In this document: positions 23,394 to 34,993 of the stretch, in pieces
Layout of the letters: each line of letters starts with the position of its first letter
Numbering within the stretch: position 1 is the first letter of the stretch
Assembly (NCBI GenBank): GCA_051294375.1
Contig: CM119265.1
Location: 15,476,963-15,540,962 of the forward strand
Length of the DNA stretch: 64,000 nucleotides
Origin: Paraspadella gotoi
Lineage: Eukaryota > Animalia > Chaetognatha
Direction of reading: 5' to 3'
The notes under the pieces: model-generated
Told to the model about the DNA's origin: nothing
Databases searched by the model: none
The model's input: only the letters and a program-made list of their open reading frames with translations
Translations under genes and position numbers: made by a program

Positions 23394-26300
23394 ATGAATT
23401 CCGATGAAGATAAAGCTCTTTTCGATTTAAGTGTGTACAAGAAGCAGGAAGGATCACTACTTAAGTTTTTGTCATCGACGAAAAAGCCAGTTAATAAAAA
23501 TCCAGATTCGATGAAAGAAAATCACGAAGCCGAGAGCGTGAATCATTCGAAAAGCATTTCCGCGAACGACGACGCCGTAACCATTAACATAGCTAACGGT
23601 TTGGAAAACGAAAACAAGCCCCAGGAATGCAACGTCGTCGACGCTGCTTTCTCTCGTTCTCCAACGAACACTCTTCTTAATTATTTCCGACCGGCTCAGT
23701 CGTCGCAAGAGAAAAAAGAGGTCAAAGCCCAACCAAACATGAAAACCTTGTCGACTCGAACTGTGTTCGCCGATATCCATCCTGTTCCCCCCATCTATCC
23801 CTTGCGAAATTCTGAAGAACCCGAATCAACGGCGCCGCCTACTTTGGAAATGCTTATTTCGAACAGCGCCAACCTCGTGCTTAAGGACTCTGAGGAATTA
23901 GAGGCGCTGGAATCTCCGGTGAAAAAGGCATCTGAAGAGAAAGTTGAGCCGGAGGCGAAGATCCCCATCGCCTTGACGGACGAACAGAAGGAGAACTCAA
24001 AAAGGGAGCTTGTCAAGAAAAAAACCCAAGCTAAACTCTCTTTCGGTGGAGGCAACGGGTGTCAGGTGGGAAAACCGAAGATTGAAATGGAAATCGCTAA
24101 CGGGAAATCGGCGGAAGAATCCGAGGAGAAATCTTTTGGAGAAAATGTTAACGAAAAAATAGATGCGATGAAGCAAGTTAAAAACAAGGAAATTGTAAAT
24201 CTGGAGAAATCTGCGATGAAAAAGAGAGGAAGGCCACTAGGTAGTGCCGTGAAAAAAATGACAATGACTCAGTCGAAAAAGCGAAGTCAATCGGTGCATT
24301 ACGTCTCAGACGAAACAACCACGAACACGGAAATATGTAATTTTGAAAAATTAAAATCTACAAATCTGGAAAAATTGTCTTCAAGTAGACCGAACAGAAT
24401 CTCCTTTTCGGAAAAAGAAGGGAAAAAAGATATCTCGATTGCAAAAGCATCTAAACGACGAACGTCGGCCCAAGAGCCGACTTGCGATTCCAAACGGAGG
24501 AAAGTCGCAGAAGAAGACGACGACCTCGACGCGCCTTGCGACAGCCTCATTGGCAGGATGCAAAGAAGGATGATTGCTGACAGTTCTTCTTTTCAAGACA
24601 ATCAATGCCCTGACGATACTTCGATTCCTGAAACTTTTAATGATTCCGAACAGGGAACGGAGTTTATGGAGGAAGCTAATACTGCTGAGGTTGCTGAAGC
24701 TGCTGACAATGCCGACGGACTTCGTCGGTCCAAACGGAGTCGAACGCAAGTCGCCACCTACAATGATGATCGGCGTGGGTCTCCCATCAAAGCGGAATCG
24801 AATCGCGACGACTCTGTGGGAAAGTCGGCGGCGTCCGATGCCAACGACCATCGCTCGCCCACTCCAGATTCCGCGGATAAAAAAACTCCGAAGCGAATCA
24901 GAAGATGCGGTGAGTGCGGCCCCTGTCTCAGGGAAGACTGCGGCAAATGCGTCAGCTGCCTGGACATGACCAAGTTTGGCGGGCCCTGCATCAAGAAGCA
25001 GAGTTGCATGATGCGGCGTTGCCTGGTCAAGATGGCTAGATTGGGCGGTTCTGTGGGATCGGATGAAGGCGAGGAAGGGACTCGCATCAAGAGCCGACGC
25101 TCCTCGGAAGAAGGTGACGATGACATTAAAGGGAGAAAAAAGAATCGTGAGGCCTCTAAGGAAGATACCAATAAGAAATCGACCCAAGTTGCTAAAATCT
25201 TTACTCAAAAATCGGAAAAAAAGAAAAATCAGTTAGGCGAAAGCAGTGGAAACTCATCTTCACTCGAAAAAAAAAGCCAGAAAAACTATTCAAAGGTCTC
25301 TGCAATTATGGCGCCCATCTTTCTCAAAAACCAAAGCGAAAAGAAATCGACGCATACNNNNNNNNNNACGCATACAGGAAAAACCGCCGACCAACTGGAA
25401 AGCGAAGCGAGACGAGCCGCGTTTCTGCAGAGAGGAGTTCCTTCTTGCCTTAACAAGGAAGTGAAGATGGACGGCTTCGACGCCAAACTAAGAGCAGAAG
25501 AGATTCCAAATGATTTCTCCCACTTTCGATCAGTCCTTCATGTGCAGCAGCTGGATCGGGCTGAATATAGACCCGTCTCTCTTAATCTAGGTAAATTTAA
25601 GCTTAAGATAGATGACGATGAGCCGGATTCTAGTTCCATTCCGTTTTCGACTTGGGATAATAACCCTCGCCGTGTCTCGATGCCGGACTCGGATGAAAGA
25701 GAGGCCGTTACCAAGAAAAAAGTAATGTTGGAACTCGCCAAAATTCATCCAGACGGCATCAACGGTGCTACCATGACAGAGTTTTTCGTCAGCTACTTAA
25801 ATCGAGGGACGCCGTCGGATGAGCAGCCATTGAAGCTGAATAAACGACGCCTGGACTCGGCCGACGATGAGCCGGACGCGGATGGCGCCGAACTCTGTTG
25901 GACGAGCAAGTACCGGCCGACAAAGGCCAAGGAGGTCTTGGGCAATCGCGCCGCAGTTAAATTCCTCTCAGATTGGTTGTCAGAGTGGAAAGAGTACGGC
26001 GCCTCCGAGGCGATCAGAATGAAGCGAAAGGCCGAAGAGTCCGACTCCGAGTATTCCGACTCGGAAGAAAGCTCGTTTGATAGCGACGATGATGCCGCAC
26101 CTTCTCGTTTGGTCCTTCTCAGCGGTCCCCACGGCGTCGGAAAAACTGCCATGATCTACGCCCTTGCCCGGGAAAAGGGCTTCAAGGTCTTTGAGGTCAA
26201 TCCCTCCTCTCCTCGAAATGGACGAACAATTCTAAAGCAACTGCAGGAGGCCACGCAGTCGCATCACTTAACTCGGGGTGAGGCGACTAGAGAAAAGAAG

Positions 26301-27470
26301 CAGAAGGTCAAATTGACCAAAAGACGATCTTCCCAGGGAAAACGTAAGTCGGGCGGTCGTCGCTCCGAAGAAGTGAAAAAGAGCGTGGAGTTCTCCAACG
26401 CCAGCCTCATTCTTTTCGAGGAAGTGGACGTTCTTTTTGAGGAACAGGACAAAGGTTTTTGGGGCGCAATTCAGACATTTCTGACATCAACAAAACGCCC
26501 TATCGTGATGACGGCCCGCGACAGCGCGCGCGGTATTCCCGATAACCTCGAAGGTAAAAAGGATCTGATCGGGATTGATCCCGTGCCGGCGCGGGACGTA
26601 GCCACTCACTTGCAGATGATTGCGGCGGCCGAACGCGCGTTCATCGATCGCGAAGAGGCAGAGTGTCTGGTGAAGAATTGCCAGGGCGACATAAGAAAAT
26701 GTGTCAATTCGTTGCAATTTTTACTGGCAGAACCACGATTGAAGTGTAGTTTTATTCCCTTCCTACGGATTTCTGAGTCTTCAAACGACATTGCTCAAAA
26801 CTCTCTACCTTCAATCGTCGACATTATAAAAAAGGCGGCAGAGCAAGCTCTGCTATCCGCGGAAACTTCTTCTTTATCTGATAAAATAAAATGTCGCGCG
26901 TTGAAAAATTTGACGAGGGACTACAGTGTGTTAGATACACTGTTCGGCCGAAATCGTTTTCACTGTTCTCTCGAAACTAAGGTTTTGATCTGCGCCCATC
27001 CCTACTCCCTGCATTCTACCGACCTGCAAGACGGGCTAAACTCTGACGACTGTCGTGAGGAGAGCCCTGCCCACCCGTCGAGGAGTGACTTTTGTTCACG
27101 ACTCTCGCGCTCCGTCGCCGATTTGTCGTCCCAATACATTTCGTCTTTTATAAAACTTGCGCCTCCGAACATCGAAGCGTCAGCGGCGAAGTCGCCGTTC
27201 GAAGCCGTCGCGAAGCAGTGGAATGAGAACAGCACGACTCTGCGATACATCCGAACTACGTTGCCCATGGAGAGGAGTTGGGAGACCCGCAGCTTTGTCG
27301 AGGATTACGCTCCATTCTTGAAGAAAGTGGCCATGTTAGAGGAGCGACGCTCCATCGAGTGTCCCCGGCGAAGATTCACGCATTACTTGGACTCGATCGA
27401 TTTTCCTAGTTTGGAGAAAGACTGGATGGAAGACGAAAGCTTCGGTTATCTCGTCGATCGTTTCAAATAG
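23394..27470 (+). CDS. ATAD5: ATAD5/Elg1 PCNA unloader (AAA+), with an internal zf-CXXC domain; spans a 10-N gap
   Basis: 'WTSKYRP...VLGN...LSDWLSEWK', Walker A 'GPHGVGKT', 'GFKVFEVNPSSPRNG...LQEATQSH', 'SLILFEEVDVLFEEQDKGFWGAI...TKRPIVMT', C-terminal 'RRRFTHYL'. Confidence 0.9.
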   Translation: MNSDEDKALFDLSVYKKQEGSLLKFLSSTKKPVNKNPDSMKENHEAESVNHSKSISANDDAVTINIANGLENENKPQECNVVDAAFSRSPTNTLLNYFRPAQSSQEKKEVKAQPNMKTLSTRTVFADIHPVPPIYPLRNSEEPESTAPPTLEMLISNSANLVLKDSEELEALESPVKKASEEKVEPEAKIPIALTDEQKENSKRELVKKKTQAKLSFGGGNGCQVGKPKIEMEIANGKSAEESEEKSFGENVNEKIDAMKQVKNKEIVNLEKSAMKKRGRPLGSAVKKMTMTQSKKRSQSVHYVSDETTTNTEICNFEKLKSTNLEKLSSSRPNRISFSEKEGKKDISIAKASKRRTSAQEPTCDSKRRKVAEEDDDLDAPCDSLIGRMQRRMIADSSSFQDNQCPDDTSIPETFNDSEQGTEFMEEANTAEVAEAADNADGLRRSKRSRTQVATYNDDRRGSPIKAESNRDDSVGKSAASDANDHRSPTPDSADKKTPKRIRRCGECGPCLREDCGKCVSCLDMTKFGGPCIKKQSCMMRRCLVKMARLGGSVGSDEGEEGTRIKSRRSSEEGDDDIKGRKKNREASKEDTNKKSTQVAKIFTQKSEKKKNQLGESSGNSSSLEKKSQKNYSKVSAIMAPIFLKNQSEKKSTHXXXXTHTGKTADQLESEARRAAFLQRGVPSCLNKEVKMDGFDAKLRAEEIPNDFSHFRSVLHVQQLDRAEYRPVSLNLGKFKLKIDDDEPDSSSIPFSTWDNNPRRVSMPDSDEREAVTKKKVMLELAKIHPDGINGATMTEFFVSYLNRGTPSDEQPLKLNKRRLDSADDEPDADGAELCWTSKYRPTKAKEVLGNRAAVKFLSDWLSEWKEYGASEAIRMKRKAEESDSEYSDSEESSFDSDDDAAPSRLVLLSGPHGVGKTAMIYALAREKGFKVFEVNPSSPRNGRTILKQLQEATQSHHLTRGEATREKKQKVKLTKRRSSQGKRKSGGRRSEEVKKSVEFSNASLILFEEVDVLFEEQDKGFWGAIQTFLTSTKRPIVMTARDSARGIPDNLEGKKDLIGIDPVPARDVATHLQMIAAAERAFIDREEAECLVKNCQGDIRKCVNSLQFLLAEPRLKCSFIPFLRISESSNDIAQNSLPSIVDIIKKAAEQALLSAETSSLSDKIKCRALKNLTRDYSVLDTLFGRNRFHCSLETKVLICAHPYSLHSTDLQDGLNSDDCREESPAHPSRSDFCSRLSRSVADLSSQYISSFIKLAPPNIEASAAKSPFEAVAKQWNENSTTLRYIRTTLPMERSWETRSFVEDYAPFLKKVAMLEERRSIECPRRRFTHYLDSIDFPSLEKDWMEDESFGYLVDRFK

Positions 27471-27778
27471 TTTATTTCCTTCATATCGAATTCACTGACA
27501 GAATATCTATAATTTAAAATGAGGTATATTTTTTCGGAATAGACTGTGATTTTGTTATAATGTGATAGTTTAAAAATAAATTTTTGAATGTTACAAAAAA
27601 ATTAATTATTTAATATTTTTATATTTTGTTACCCAAATATAATTATAAATTTATAAAAAAGCGAACTTCTATTTTCTTTTTTGATACTGCTTTTCAGTCA
27701 TCGTTACTGTTGATTGTTCAATCGTTATATATTTGCTCTCAATTATTTTTAGTGTAGGTATTAACAGTTTAGTTTGGG

Positions 27779-30700
27779 ATGACGGATCTTAACGAGACTA
27801 TTGACTTAGGGCTGTCTCTCAGCGACGAAGAACCGGACGACAGCGAGGACGACCTTGAACCAGAAGTTTATCTTTCCTTCAAAGACCCTGACGTCTTCGC
27901 GAACTCGAGAGTTCAACTTAAACTTGGCATCAACCACATCGGTCGTGATCCGTCCTCTTGCAACGTATCCCTCAATTCGGACGCGGTGTCCAAGCAACAT
28001 GCCGTTATCGAAGTCGCGGTGAGTTTCACGATGACATAATAAATAACCAAGTATATAGAATGCATATAGAATGACACACGAGCAATACACATACGAAACC
28101 CCGACGATGACTAATTAATATTATCATAATCTGTATGAAAGTAAATCATAGTTAAAACATATCAATAGAATAATAACAAACAGCAATGTTTATGAACAAA
28201 TATTGATTGTTTAATGTTTATATTTTTATATTTTACAAAAGGAAATTAAGAACGACGAACCACAACGAAAGTTTGTCCTACAAATGTTTAGATGATAATT
28301 TATTTGTTAATTGTTAATATAAAGTAAGAGTTCAACTAAACTTATGGAGAAAATTTTACGAAAACGGTTTTTTATTTTTGCAGAAAAACTATGTTTTTTT
28401 GTTTGACTCCGGAAGTCGTAACGGAACTCGACGCAATTCAGTCCGCTTGACGGCCAACGTTCGCTACGAGGTCGTTGACGGCGACGCCTTGGTTTTTGGA
28501 GATGTCGATGCGTCTCTGCAAGTTTTTAACAGGTGCCGCATCCTCGTTCCGGATAGCCAGCCGGCCAGCAGCTCCAAGAACGTTACTGATGTATGTATTT
28601 TGTTATATTTTTAATTCCTTTTTTTATAAATTTTGTTTTTAAATTTAACTTGCATGTATATTTCGAAGGAAAGACAAAAATTTATTAGCCACAGTCAAGT
28701 ATAAAAATAAAATTGTTTAAAATAATATGCTCCATTTTTCTCATTCAGTTTTCTCTTCTTTCGGAAGATGGTTCCATGTTATCTCCGATCAACTCGTCTA
28801 TGAAGCGTATCAAGTCGACTGTCCGATGCATCGTTCAGGATTCGCTATTAGCCACGGATTCTGACATTAGTTGCGCTGAAGACGATAATGAAGCCATCGG
28901 GGGGTTATTTACACAAACTTACAGGTTTTATCATTTGTCAAAATTATGGACATTTTTTAATTCATGTTTAACATTTATTAAAAAAATTTTAGTCCCATCT
29001 TTAAACCGGAAAAGAATCTGAAAGAAAAATCTGAAGACGACGATGACGACGACCTGCTCCTTTCGTCGCAACCCGTTGACCCGAAGTATGGCCAAGCGAC
29101 GGCCAAGAATTTTTGCCATTTGCCGCTGACACAAATCTACAGCGGCGAAGGTTGTCAGAATCAAACGCAAATGATTGACGCGAATCCTAAAGTCTTTAAA
29201 GATCAATTGTCTGTACCCACGCAAGTGTTTGAAAGTAACTCTTTGGACTCGGCAAATATCCTTTCCCTTCAGACGCAAGTGTTTGTCGGAGAGGAGCAGG
29301 CGGCGCCTCTCGACAGTACCCGGATGTTCGACGATGACCACGACGACGACGAACCCCCTTCCAAGACAAGAAAACTTGGTCATTCTTTAATGCTACGAGA
29401 GCAACCAAATTTAAGCAGCAGCGCTTCAACTCAGATTTTGGTGCCAGAAAAACCTTTAGAATCTTCTGATGTTGCCGTTGAGGATTTGGAACCGACGCAA
29501 AAGTTGGAAAGCGTCAAGTCCGTCAAATTTCTTTCTCCCGTCGAACAAAATACGTCGTCCGTTTTTGCACCGCCAGTCGCCGTTTCTAAGAGATCTTCAA
29601 TTTTAAAGACTGACAAACGAGATTTTCGAGAGTCTTCAAACGAAGAGATGATTGATTTGGCTGAAGATTACGTCGATTCCAGGACTCAATTGTTTACTGC
29701 AGACAAGGAAATCACTGATTCTTTAATAAACGAAGAGAACAACAAAAACGAAGGGAAAGAAAATTTAGTTCCATCCAAAACATTGGACGATCTCAACAAT
29801 AACGACGACGAAACGCAATGCGTTCTGGCCACGGTTTGCCTTAAAAAATATGATGAAAAATACTTGAATGAATCTCGGGTGGCTTCATTTATTGCTAATA
29901 AATTTGACCACAACCCCCAGCTCTTTAACGCAGAAACTCAGGTGGTTAGCAACGATTTCAAAAAATTGGAAAAAGACACCGAAATAGATTTCAAAATCGG
30001 AAAACAAACGAGCGATGACGATGAAGTGACACAGGATTTTGAGGGGAACGACGTTAAAAGCGACAGCCCTCGTCTCGATGGCGAATCAAATCAGTCCATA
30101 ACAATGTTAACAGACAATACGACCAATTACGATGAGCTCGTTACTAAATCGCCGAACAAAGAAAAAGTGTCAGCTGACTTTTTGACTGAGCGAACCGAAG
30201 CCGTCTGTTCGACCGGTGCAGTCGGAAGCAGCCAAAAAAGTCACGATGAATTTTACGACTCTTACGATTGCCTCCCTCTAACGACGCCGACAAAATCAAA
30301 GCCTCGCGACGATGCCGACCCCGAGTCGCAATATTTCGATGCGGATTCAGACACGCCTCGGCGAACGAATTCAATATCAGTGCCTTCGGTCGCTTCGACG
30401 ATGATCCCGGTTAAAAAAGAACCTAATAAGAAAAAAGTAAGGAAGAGTCTCGTCGCCGAAGAAGCGGTCGATACCGGTCATTCTTTGGCGACCCCTTTAG
30501 AGAAAGATGAAACTCCTTCATTGAGCGTTCGGGTGTCTGAGGATCAAAAATTCTCGTCGACGATAGGAGAAGAGACCGAGGAGAGTTTGAACGAGAGCGA
30601 CCCCGAGAATCATTCAATTGTCGACGTCTTTGATTTGCGGGGCCTGAGCGACACCGAATCCTCGTCTCGAACTACGACTACGGAGGTCAATGAAGACTCC

Positions 30701-31903
30701 GACATGGAGACCACTATTCGCGGGAACGAGGCGGAAGGGTCGACGGAAACGAGGGTTGCCGCACAAAAACCGTCGGACAATCTCGACTCTGAAGAAAAAA
30801 CCGAAACCTGCCAACTCACAGATACTAATACAAATAACAATTACGAAAAGTCGCTTGATTCCGAAGTTCCTATCCATGACGACACCAGAGAGTCTACTGA
30901 ACAGAAAGAAATGAGAACTGACGACGAAACTACACCACCTCGTCCAGATAGAGTGGAACAAGCTTCGGGAGACCCCGCTCAATGGAACTGCCCATTCTGT
31001 ACCTTTCTTAACCATGTTGAGATTCAGGAATGCGAAATGTGTCTTTCCCCTCGAGTTTATAAAAAGACGCGTCGGTCGGAGATTTTTCCCCAATCGCCTT
31101 TGGGGCCATCGATCTCCTTTTCGCCCTCGTCCTCTAAGAGCAGAGGGTTCTCAAAGGAAAATGAGAGGGACGGAGTTAATGGAAATTGTAACAATAAGGA
31201 AAAGCCTCAAGCTTCGGAGGCTAAAGTTTTTCCGCAAACCGTCACGCGGCAGAAATCAACGAGAAGCAGAAAAAAAATATTGGCAGGCGAAGGCGAAGAG
31301 GCTGGGGGCTGTATTGACGTCCATGAAAAAGTTTCAAAAACTCACGTCAGACGAGATAGCGAGGCTTCGACTGATTGCGAAACCGTCGACAAAGCTTCAA
31401 AATCCTCTCTCCGACCTCGAAAGGACAAAGAGACTGTTGCCGGTCGGAAGCCGAGAGGCCGGCCAAGAAAAGATGCTCAAAAAGTGAAAGTAGAGACGTC
31501 GGAGTGTGAGAATGATGCGGTCAGCGTAACCTCTTCATCCAGCGTCCCTTCCAGCCCCTCTAGCGTATCTAGCGTGGCCTCGACGGGATCGAGTGAAGTT
31601 GGCTTGAGGAGGTCAAATCGTCGCAAGACGATCGCCGCAGTTTTTGAGGAAGCGTCAACGTCAGCAGTCGATCAAAAGAAGATTAAAAAAACGCGATCGC
31701 GGCTTACTATTGTTGCGGAGGACGCTAAAGAAGAGGAAGAAGAGACGCCAGTTAAGAAGAAGCGGGGCGCCAAAAACCTCAAAGAAGTAACCCGCTGTAC
31801 ATTTTTAAGTTATTTACCATTTGTGCCATTCTATACTTTTTTGTTAATTGGTAGCGATTTATTGTTGACAACGCCATATCTTTGTTTTAATTACGTTAAA
31901 TAG
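27779..31903 (+). CDS. MDC1-like FHA-domain DNA-damage mediator (TQxF/SDT motifs, NZF finger, AT-hook); 3' end uncertain
   Basis: FHA split over exons ('LGINHIGRDPSSCNVSLNSDAVSKQHAVIEV', 'LFDSGSRNGTR...GDALVFGD'); repeated TQVF/TQLF/TQDF/SQYF; DSDT and SDT motifs; 'WNCPFCTFLNHVEIQECEMC'; 'RKPRGRPRK'. Confidence 0.65.
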
Positions 31904-32024
31904 ATGAATAAATTTAAGTCTCATAGTTGCTTCAAAAACTCTTATTCCCCCAGCTAAGTGGGTCGAGAGAAACATCGACAACATCGTGTATCTTTTGCTT
32001 AAAATGTATTAAGCATATCACATC

Positions 32025-32851
32025 ATGACGACGATAAACTCGACTGCCGAAAAGGGACCTTCTTCACTGGTGGATGCAGAAACTTGGGAAAAGCGATGCG
32101 CCGCCGCTTTGACTAAAGACGAATCCGCCTTAAAAACGCTTGGTGAGACCTTAGACGAGCGGAGAAAATCTACAACTAAAAAGTTCAAAGCGGACGTCGA
32201 ATCCTTGGAAAAACGCTTTGACGACGACAGCGCTGCTTTAAACGTCAGATTTGCTTGACTTTTTTTTATAACTTCTCGACGGTTACACTGGTCTGCATTA
32301 AGTGATCTTTTTTTTCATTTAGAATTTGGTCGGCGAAATATCCCCTCTTCGAGACGAAATCGAGTCAAGCGCCGATGAACTTCGCGGAAAGTCGGGCGAC
32401 AAGGCCAAGTTGGCCGCGGATGTGGAAGAAGCTTCGTCGTTGAGGGACGCCCAGAATAATCTTCTCGGTCGCAAAAGATTCCAGATCGACGAACGACTTA
32501 AACGCGTCACGGACTCGTTCCTTCCATTTCAAGTTGGCGCGTTTGAAGTACTACCTGGAATTTCCGGTTTTTTTTAATTTTCTTTTTAATTTGCAGAAAC
32601 ACCTAGGATTCACCGTCCTTAGCAACGATGGAAACCTCGAGTTCCGCTTCTCGCGCGTCGATCGTCAAACGCCCCGTCGAATTTTCGGTGCCGTCATTCA
32701 TTTGGACTCCAAGACCAACGCCTACAGTCTGGTCTCAGCAGCTCCCTCCGTGGCGGGCGTGGAAGAACTGGTTAAAGCTCTTAACAGAGACCACAATCTC
32801 AAGCGTTTTCTTTTTAAATTAAGAAAAACTTTTGTAGAATCTTTGATTTGA
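32025..32851 (+). CDS. SPC25: Kinetochore NDC80-complex subunit Spc25 (3 exons)
   Basis: N-terminal coiled coil followed by RWD-like 'LGFTVLS...LEFRFSRVDRQTPRRIF...YSLVSAAPSV...LVKALNRDHNLKRFLFKLRKTF'. Confidence 0.8.
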
Positions 32852-32995
32852 TATTTTATGTATTTTTGTTATACATTTAAATTTTACTCGTTACTGTTCC
32901 ATTATAAATTGCACCATATTTTCATTTAGTGGGTTAATGGCTCGTGTTTTTCAATAAAATTCTGCATCAGGTGGCCGAGTAAAAAACATTATATC

Positions 32996-34537
32996 ATGGA
33001 ACTGCGTGGCAGTCAGTTTTCCCCCGGGCTCGTCGTGACGACGCCCGGGGGATTGGATTATCTAAAAATGCCCATGCAAGCGATGCAGTTGGGGCCTAAT
33101 GGTGAGCTTATTCCCACCAGTATCACCGCACCAATACCCACCACAGGTACCTTCCTGGTTAGTAATTTTCCGAATTGACTCCTTTCTTTGAATTTCAAAA
33201 CTATGTTTTTTTTAGGAACAAACATCGCGATTATGGAACCGCTGAGCATTCCCTCTACCACTGTGGTGACTCCCAACACAGTTGTTATGAATCAAAACAC
33301 TCAGTCTCAATCCGGATCAAGGCAAACCATCTGGTACATTCCGTCTCAACAAGCGCAAAATGAAGCGCAGCCAGGAAAGGATGAGCAAACGCCCAAAGCG
33401 TCTTCTCGCGGCGAAAACTCGGAAAGCAAAGAGGCCAAGTCAGCGAACGTCTTCCGTGTGCAACCGGGCGAGGCATCCACGCTCAACGTAAGCAGAATCG
33501 AAGTTCTGGAAAGTTTACTAGAAAGAATCGTCTCTCAGAATTGTTCTTTTTAGCTCACCGATTTGGAGGACACTCCAGCCAAAGAGAACCCAGCTCACGA
33601 CAGGCCAGAAATGGCTGTTGTCAAAGTTCGAGCGGAAACGGCCCACTACTGCGCCACCTGCGACAAAGATTTTCACAACGATTTCAATCTTAAAAGACAC
33701 AATCGGGATTTTCATGGTTCCGGAGCCACCACCATCTACCACTGCGATATTTGCAAAAAAAACTTTCAGAACAAGTTCAACCTTCGCCGGCATAAAACCG
33801 CCGTCCACGGCGACGACGAAGGAACTTATTTTTGCGAGATCTGCGTCAAAGACTTTCACTACCGTGACAACTTAAAACGGCACATGAAGGAGGTTCACAA
33901 GCAAAATCTTGGGTCGCCGGTGGCTCAGGATGAAAAGGTGAGAGAAAAGCTTCAATATTCTTTTTTTTTCTAGCAATCGTTGCATTATACGTCATGTGTT
34001 AAAATTTACTTATTCGAATGAAATTATTTTTTCAGCCCTCAAATACTCGTCCTTTCACTTGTTCCATTTGCAACAAAGATTTACAAAATAACTACAACCT
34101 AAAACGACATCGAATGGCGGTTCACAAAGAGACTAAGCTTTTGTACGGATGCGACGAATGTGAGAAGGACTTCACCACAATAGCCAGTTACAAACGGCAT
34201 AAAAACATGGTTCACGGTCAAGGAAAGCAGGTACATATTTTTTGCTTTATTGTAATTTTTAAAATTTGATAGTAGTAACTATGATTTAATTAAAAATTAG
34301 ATTGATCTCTCCAAACCGCAGGCTTTTCACTGCGACCAGTGCGACAAAGACTTCGCCAGCAAGGACGGCCTTAAACGGCACACTCAAGCGATTCACGAAT
34401 TGGCGGAAGGACGTTTCGAGTGCGACGTCTGCAAAAAGAGATTTTTGCGGAAAGAAAACGTTGTTAAACACAGAAAGACGCACGAATTGAACTTTTCAAC
34501 CGACGAATTACAACCTACAAAGTTTAAGTTATTATAG
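32996..34537 (+). CDS. C2H2 zinc-finger protein (about 7 fingers), multi-exon
   Basis: Repeated CxxC-K-x-F-x5-L-x-x-H-x4-H units in ORFs 33563-33973 and 34018-34269 and in the exon 34322-34537. Confidence 0.85.
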
Positions 34538-34993
34538 CAGATTAGTTTATTCAGTTTTATATTTTTTTTCTGTGGAGGCGCGATTGACTCGCATTACATA
34601 AAAGTTTGTTTGTATGTACAGCGGGTGTCGACTCCGATTATATTTATTATCGAATGTTTCGATTGAAATTATATTTTATGTAAATTTTAGTCGACAGTCG
34701 CGATCGTGTTTTTATTTTTTTTTTTTTTTTGGTTTGTTTCTTTCGGAAAGATTTGTTAATTTTTTTTTACTCTACGTCACACCGCATCGCGCGTTTCTCA
34801 CTTATGCGTTTATTAGTAAAACCACCGTTACTATCACTTTATTTTTTATCGACTTTCTTGAATAATTTTTCTATTTCTTTATTTGCCCTCGCAAATTCTA
34901 TCCTCGTTTTTAGTCAGGGTTTGGACTCTTTTTGGGCCATTCGTGGCCAAGACTTTTTGATCCTCATTGGTGACCCCGCCATATTCGGTCACC

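Noticed and set aside
25358-25367. Biological insertion or frameshift in ATAD5
   Set aside because: Assembly gap of 10 N flanked by a duplicated acgcatac; collapsing it keeps the frame.
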